The notes under the pieces were generated by a model. It searched no databases, was not told where the DNA came from, and saw only the letters and a list, made by a program, of their open reading frames with translations. This document shows positions 60,478 through 64,000 of a stretch of DNA of 64,000 bases, piece by piece. Source of the DNA: Chiloscyllium plagiosum (taxonomy: Eukaryota); assembly GCF_004010195.1 (NCBI RefSeq), contig NC_057728.1:47900718-47964717 (forward strand), in the 5' to 3' direction. A program made the translations under genes and the position numbers. How positions within the stretch are numbered: position 1 is the first letter of the stretch; every line of letters begins with the position of its first letter.

Positions 60478-63135
60478 TTACGAACAACTGATATCCCAGC
60501 ACTGATTCTGCGGAACACCACTGGTCATTGACATCCAGTCAGAAAAATACACCTCCCCAATACCCTCTATCTTCCATGACCAAGCCAATTTTGTATCCAA
60601 CTTACCAACTCATCATGGATCCCATGTAAGTTAATCTTCTGGACCAGCCTACCAAGTGTGACCTTGTCAAATGCTTTAGAAAAATTCATGTAGACATCAC
60701 CCACTGTCCTACTCTAATCAGTCATAGAACATAGAACAATACAGCGCAGAACAGGCCCTTCAACCCTCAATGCTGCGCCAACCTGTGAACTATTCTCAGC
60801 TCGTCCCCCTACACTATCCCAAAATCATTCATGTGCTTATCTAAGAATTGCTTAAATCTCTCTAATGTGGCTGAGTCATCTTCATCACTTCCGCCTAATC
60901 TCAATTTGTGAGAGGAGAGCTCCCCTGCACAAAATCACACTGACTATCCCTAATAAGTCCATTCTTTTCCACATGTGAGTAAATCCTATACCTAAAAATC
61001 TTTTAAATTTCCCTGCCACTGATGTAATGCTCATTGGCCTATTATTTCCTGGATTATCTTTGTTGCCCTTCTTAACCAAAGGAATAACTTCTGGGACCTC
61101 ACCTGTGGCTAAAGAGGATATGGATATCTCTGTCTTCCTTCCTTGCCTCCCTCAGTATCCTTGGATAGATCTCATCAGGCCCTTATCTACCTTAATGTTT
61201 TTCAAGGCAAGATGTTGTCTAACTTGAAAGGGTTCAGAAAAGATTTACAAGGATGTTGCCAGGGTTGGATGATTTGAGCTATAGGGAGAGGTTGAATGGG
61301 GAGAAGGGGCTGTTTTCCCTGGAGCATCGGAGGCTGAGGGATGACCTTATTGAGGTTTATAAAATCATGAGGGGCGTTGATAGGCTAAATAGACAAAGTA
61401 TTTTCCCTGGGGGAGGGGAATCCAGAACTAGGGGGCATAGGTTTAGGGTGAGAGGGGAAAGATATAAAAGAGACCTAATGGGCAACTTTTCCATACAGAG
61501 GTTGGTATGTGTATGGCAGGAGCTGCCAGAGGAAGTGGTAGAGGCTAGTACAATTGCAACACTTAAGAGGCATCTGGATGGGTATATGAATAGAAAGGGT
61601 TTGGAAGGATATGGGCCGTGTGCTGGCAGGTGGGATTAGATTGGGTTGGAATATCTGGTCGGCATGGACAAGTTGGACTGAAGGGTCTGTTTCCATGCTG
61701 TACATCTCTATCACCCTATGACTGTATGACACCCAACCTCTTTCTTAAAATCAACATGATGTAGAATATCAACACACCTCTTCTGAATCTTACTATCGTC
61801 CATGTTCTTCTCCTTAGTGAACACTGACGTGAAGCACTGATTAAGGACCTCAATCAATTCCTCTGGCTCCACTCATAAATTTCCTTCTTTTTCCTTGAGT
61901 GGACCTACTCTTTTCCAAGCTATGCTTTTACTTCTAATATATGTATAAAACTTCTTGCGATTCTCCTTAATCCTACTGCCAAGGACATTTCATGTCACTT
62001 TTAGCCATCCTAATTCCTTGTTTAATTTCTTTTCTGCTTCCTTTATATTCTTCAAGGGCCTTACCTGATTTCAGTTTCCTAAACCTTTTCCTTTTTGACT
62101 AAACTTTCATCCAGGGTTACCTAATCTTGCTTTCCTTATCTTTCAGCCTCACAGGAACATGCTGGTCCTGAACTTGATCAATTGGCTTTAACAGACTCAT
62201 ATATGTCAGAAGTGTATTTACTGACAAACAGCCATCCCCGATCTAATTTCTCTAATTCCAGCCAAATACTGTTGTAATTAGCTTTCTCCCAAATAGCACT
62301 TTCACCTGAAGATCGGTCTTATCTTTATCCCTAACTGTCTTAAAATTTATGGAATTATGATCACTGTTCCCCAAATGATCCCCAACTGAATCTTTGATCA
62401 ACTGGCTGGGCTCATCCCCCGTACCAGATCTAATTGGATGATCTATATATTGTTTCAAGAAACCTTCCTGGTTGCACCAATCAAATTCTGCCCGTTCCAT
62501 GCCCTGGCACTAAGGGAGTCCCAGTCAATATTGGGAAGTTAAAATCACTCACTTCAACAACCCTGTTACTTTTTCATTTTTCCATGATCTGCTTACATAT
62601 CTGTTCCTTCATCTCTTAGGGAAGCCCATAGGATAACCCCATCAGAGTGAATGTACCTTTATTATTCCCAAGATCTACCCATATGCCATCACTAGATGAA
62701 GCCTCCAAGACGTCCCCTTAGTACAGCTGTGACATTCTCCTTAAATCAGGATTAAATCAACCTCCCCAACCATTTACACCCTTCTCAATCATGCCTGAAA
62801 CATTTAAACCCTGGGGCGTTGAGCTGCCAGTCCTGCCCTTCTCTCAACCAAGTTTGTGTAATGGCTGCAACACCATAGTTCCATGTACTAATCCAGGCGG
62901 TAAGCTTAACCTCTATCTTCTTCTTAATCACTTCACATGCTGACCTACTTTTCTGGTTCCCATTCCCACACCACACTAAGTTTAAACCTTCTTGAACAGC
63001 ATCAGCAAATCTCCCTGTAAGAGTATTAGTGCCCTTCTTATTTAGGTGCAACTTTTACAGGTCTCTCCTGCCCTTGAACAGATCCTAATCAGTGAGATAT
63101 CTGAATTTCCTTCTCCTACACAAGCTCTTTAGCCA
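60478..63135 (-). mobile_element. Long decayed CR1 including endonuclease region, with two younger CR1 insertions
   Basis: ORF 62785..63051 (AITQTWLREGQDWQLN.PGF.CFR.D, APE domain), 62252..62500 (HLGNSDHNSI.F) and 60885..61079 (KKG.KDNPGN.RP.S.TSV); inserts at ~60722-60875 and 61209-61730. Confidence 0.88.
61209..61730 (+). mobile_element. Young CR1/HER1 3' end nested in older CR1
   Basis: ORF 61253..61639; ctatgactgtatgac tail; host resumes (…ttcaag|acaccc…). Confidence 0.92.
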
Positions 63136-63204
63136 TGCTATCAATTGTTTACTTTGAAATTAACTTGATTAACAAGTTTGCCTCCGATGGAAAAGATTTC
63201 ATAT

Positions 63205-63528
63205 TTAGATTAGATTCCCTAGAGAGTGTGGAAACAGGCCCTTGGGCCCAACAAGTCCACACTGACCCTCTGAAGAGTAACCCTCCCAGACCCATTCCCC
63301 TACCCTATAATTACCCCTGACCAATGCACCTAACACTATGGGCAATTTAGCTTAGCCAATTCACCTAACCTGCACATCTTTGGACTGTGGAAGGAAACCG
63401 GAGCACCCAGAGGAAACCCACGCAGATACAGGAAGAATGTGAAAACTCCACACAGTTACCCGAGGCTGGAATCTGGATCCCTGACGCTGTGAGATAGCGG
63501 TGGTAAGCAGTGAGCCACTGTGCCACCC
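63205..63528 (-). mobile_element. HE1-type SINE
   Basis: ttagattagattccct…gtgtggaaacaggccc … gagccactgtgccaccc. Confidence 0.9.
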
Positions 63529-63569
63529 ACTAATTCCCACTTGAGAAACTTAAGAACAATTTCAAACTG

Positions 63570-64000
63570 ACTCTCCAATGTAACATTGAGGTGGTGCTAT
63601 AGCGTTGGAGGTGCTGTGTGCTATCTGTATAATTTGCCTTTAACAGTGTTCACCTTTAAGGAATAATGTGTTTTATTGTTTTAATAAACTAACCCATAGA
63701 GTTAATGTGCAGTTCATTGTCAGAACATTATCATTTACGTGACACTGTCTTTACGATGAGCTGTTAAAATGAGTCCCTGTGTGTGCCCCATGATAAGATG
63801 TAGGAGAACCTATAGTTGTACTGTACTTTGTAGAAGAGCAGTGAATGTCCCCATAACCAATATTTACCCCTCAATAAATGTCACTATAATTGACTGCCCC
63901 TTACCACTCAGCTGTTGTGGGAATTTATAGTGGAAGTTTCCTACATTATAACAGGACTACACATCAAAAGTACTTAACTGGTTGTAAAGAACATTGGAAT
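63570..64000 (+). mobile_element. Old DeuSINE (SacSINE1/AmnSINE1-like) remnant, runs off window
   Basis: ccaatattta.ccctcaa…tttcctacatta.aaca.gactacac.tcaaaagtactt.a.tggttgtaaag resembles the Deu domain and 3' part. Confidence 0.7.

Noticed and set aside
42080..64000. Possible exons of PTPRR downstream (or LGR5 upstream), the mammalian neighbours of TSPAN8
   Set aside because: I could not recognise any matching peptide with splice sites; they probably lie outside the window, though a short diverged exon could be missed by eye.
1..64000. Prokaryote-type systems (CRISPR arrays, operons, defence islands) or viral genes
   Set aside because: No regularly spaced repeat-spacer arrays or long intact ORFs; recurring sequences are dispersed SINE/LINE copies in a vertebrate genome.

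Overview
Eukaryotic, repeat-rich vertebrate DNA, very probably from an elasmobranch (shark): it is dense with HE1-type V-SINEs, HER1/CR1 LINEs and DeuSINE-like elements. One real protein-coding gene can be assembled by hand from canonical GT-AG splice sites. It is an 8-coding-exon tetraspanin-8 orthologue on the + strand (ATG 9898 to TGA 42079, 227 aa, all introns phase 0, CCG and six-Cys large extracellular loop, C-terminal YCQI), with a CpG-enriched promoter and an AATAAA at 42450. The ORF track misses it except for read-throughs of exons 2 and 6. Almost all other listed ORFs are fragments or antisense frames of retrotransposons. The rest of the window is a layered TE record: CR1 subfamilies, a second CR1/L2-clade LINE, Rex1/Babar, Penelope pieces with decayed hammerhead-ribozyme cores, nested Tigger-type MITEs and a decayed pogo (Passer/POGK-like) transposon. 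There is a 790-N assembly gap at 18734-19523. I found no convincing previously undescribed system. The findings are testable hypotheses about TSPAN8 RNA processing and TE biology. Exon boundaries are exact; TE boundaries are approximate.
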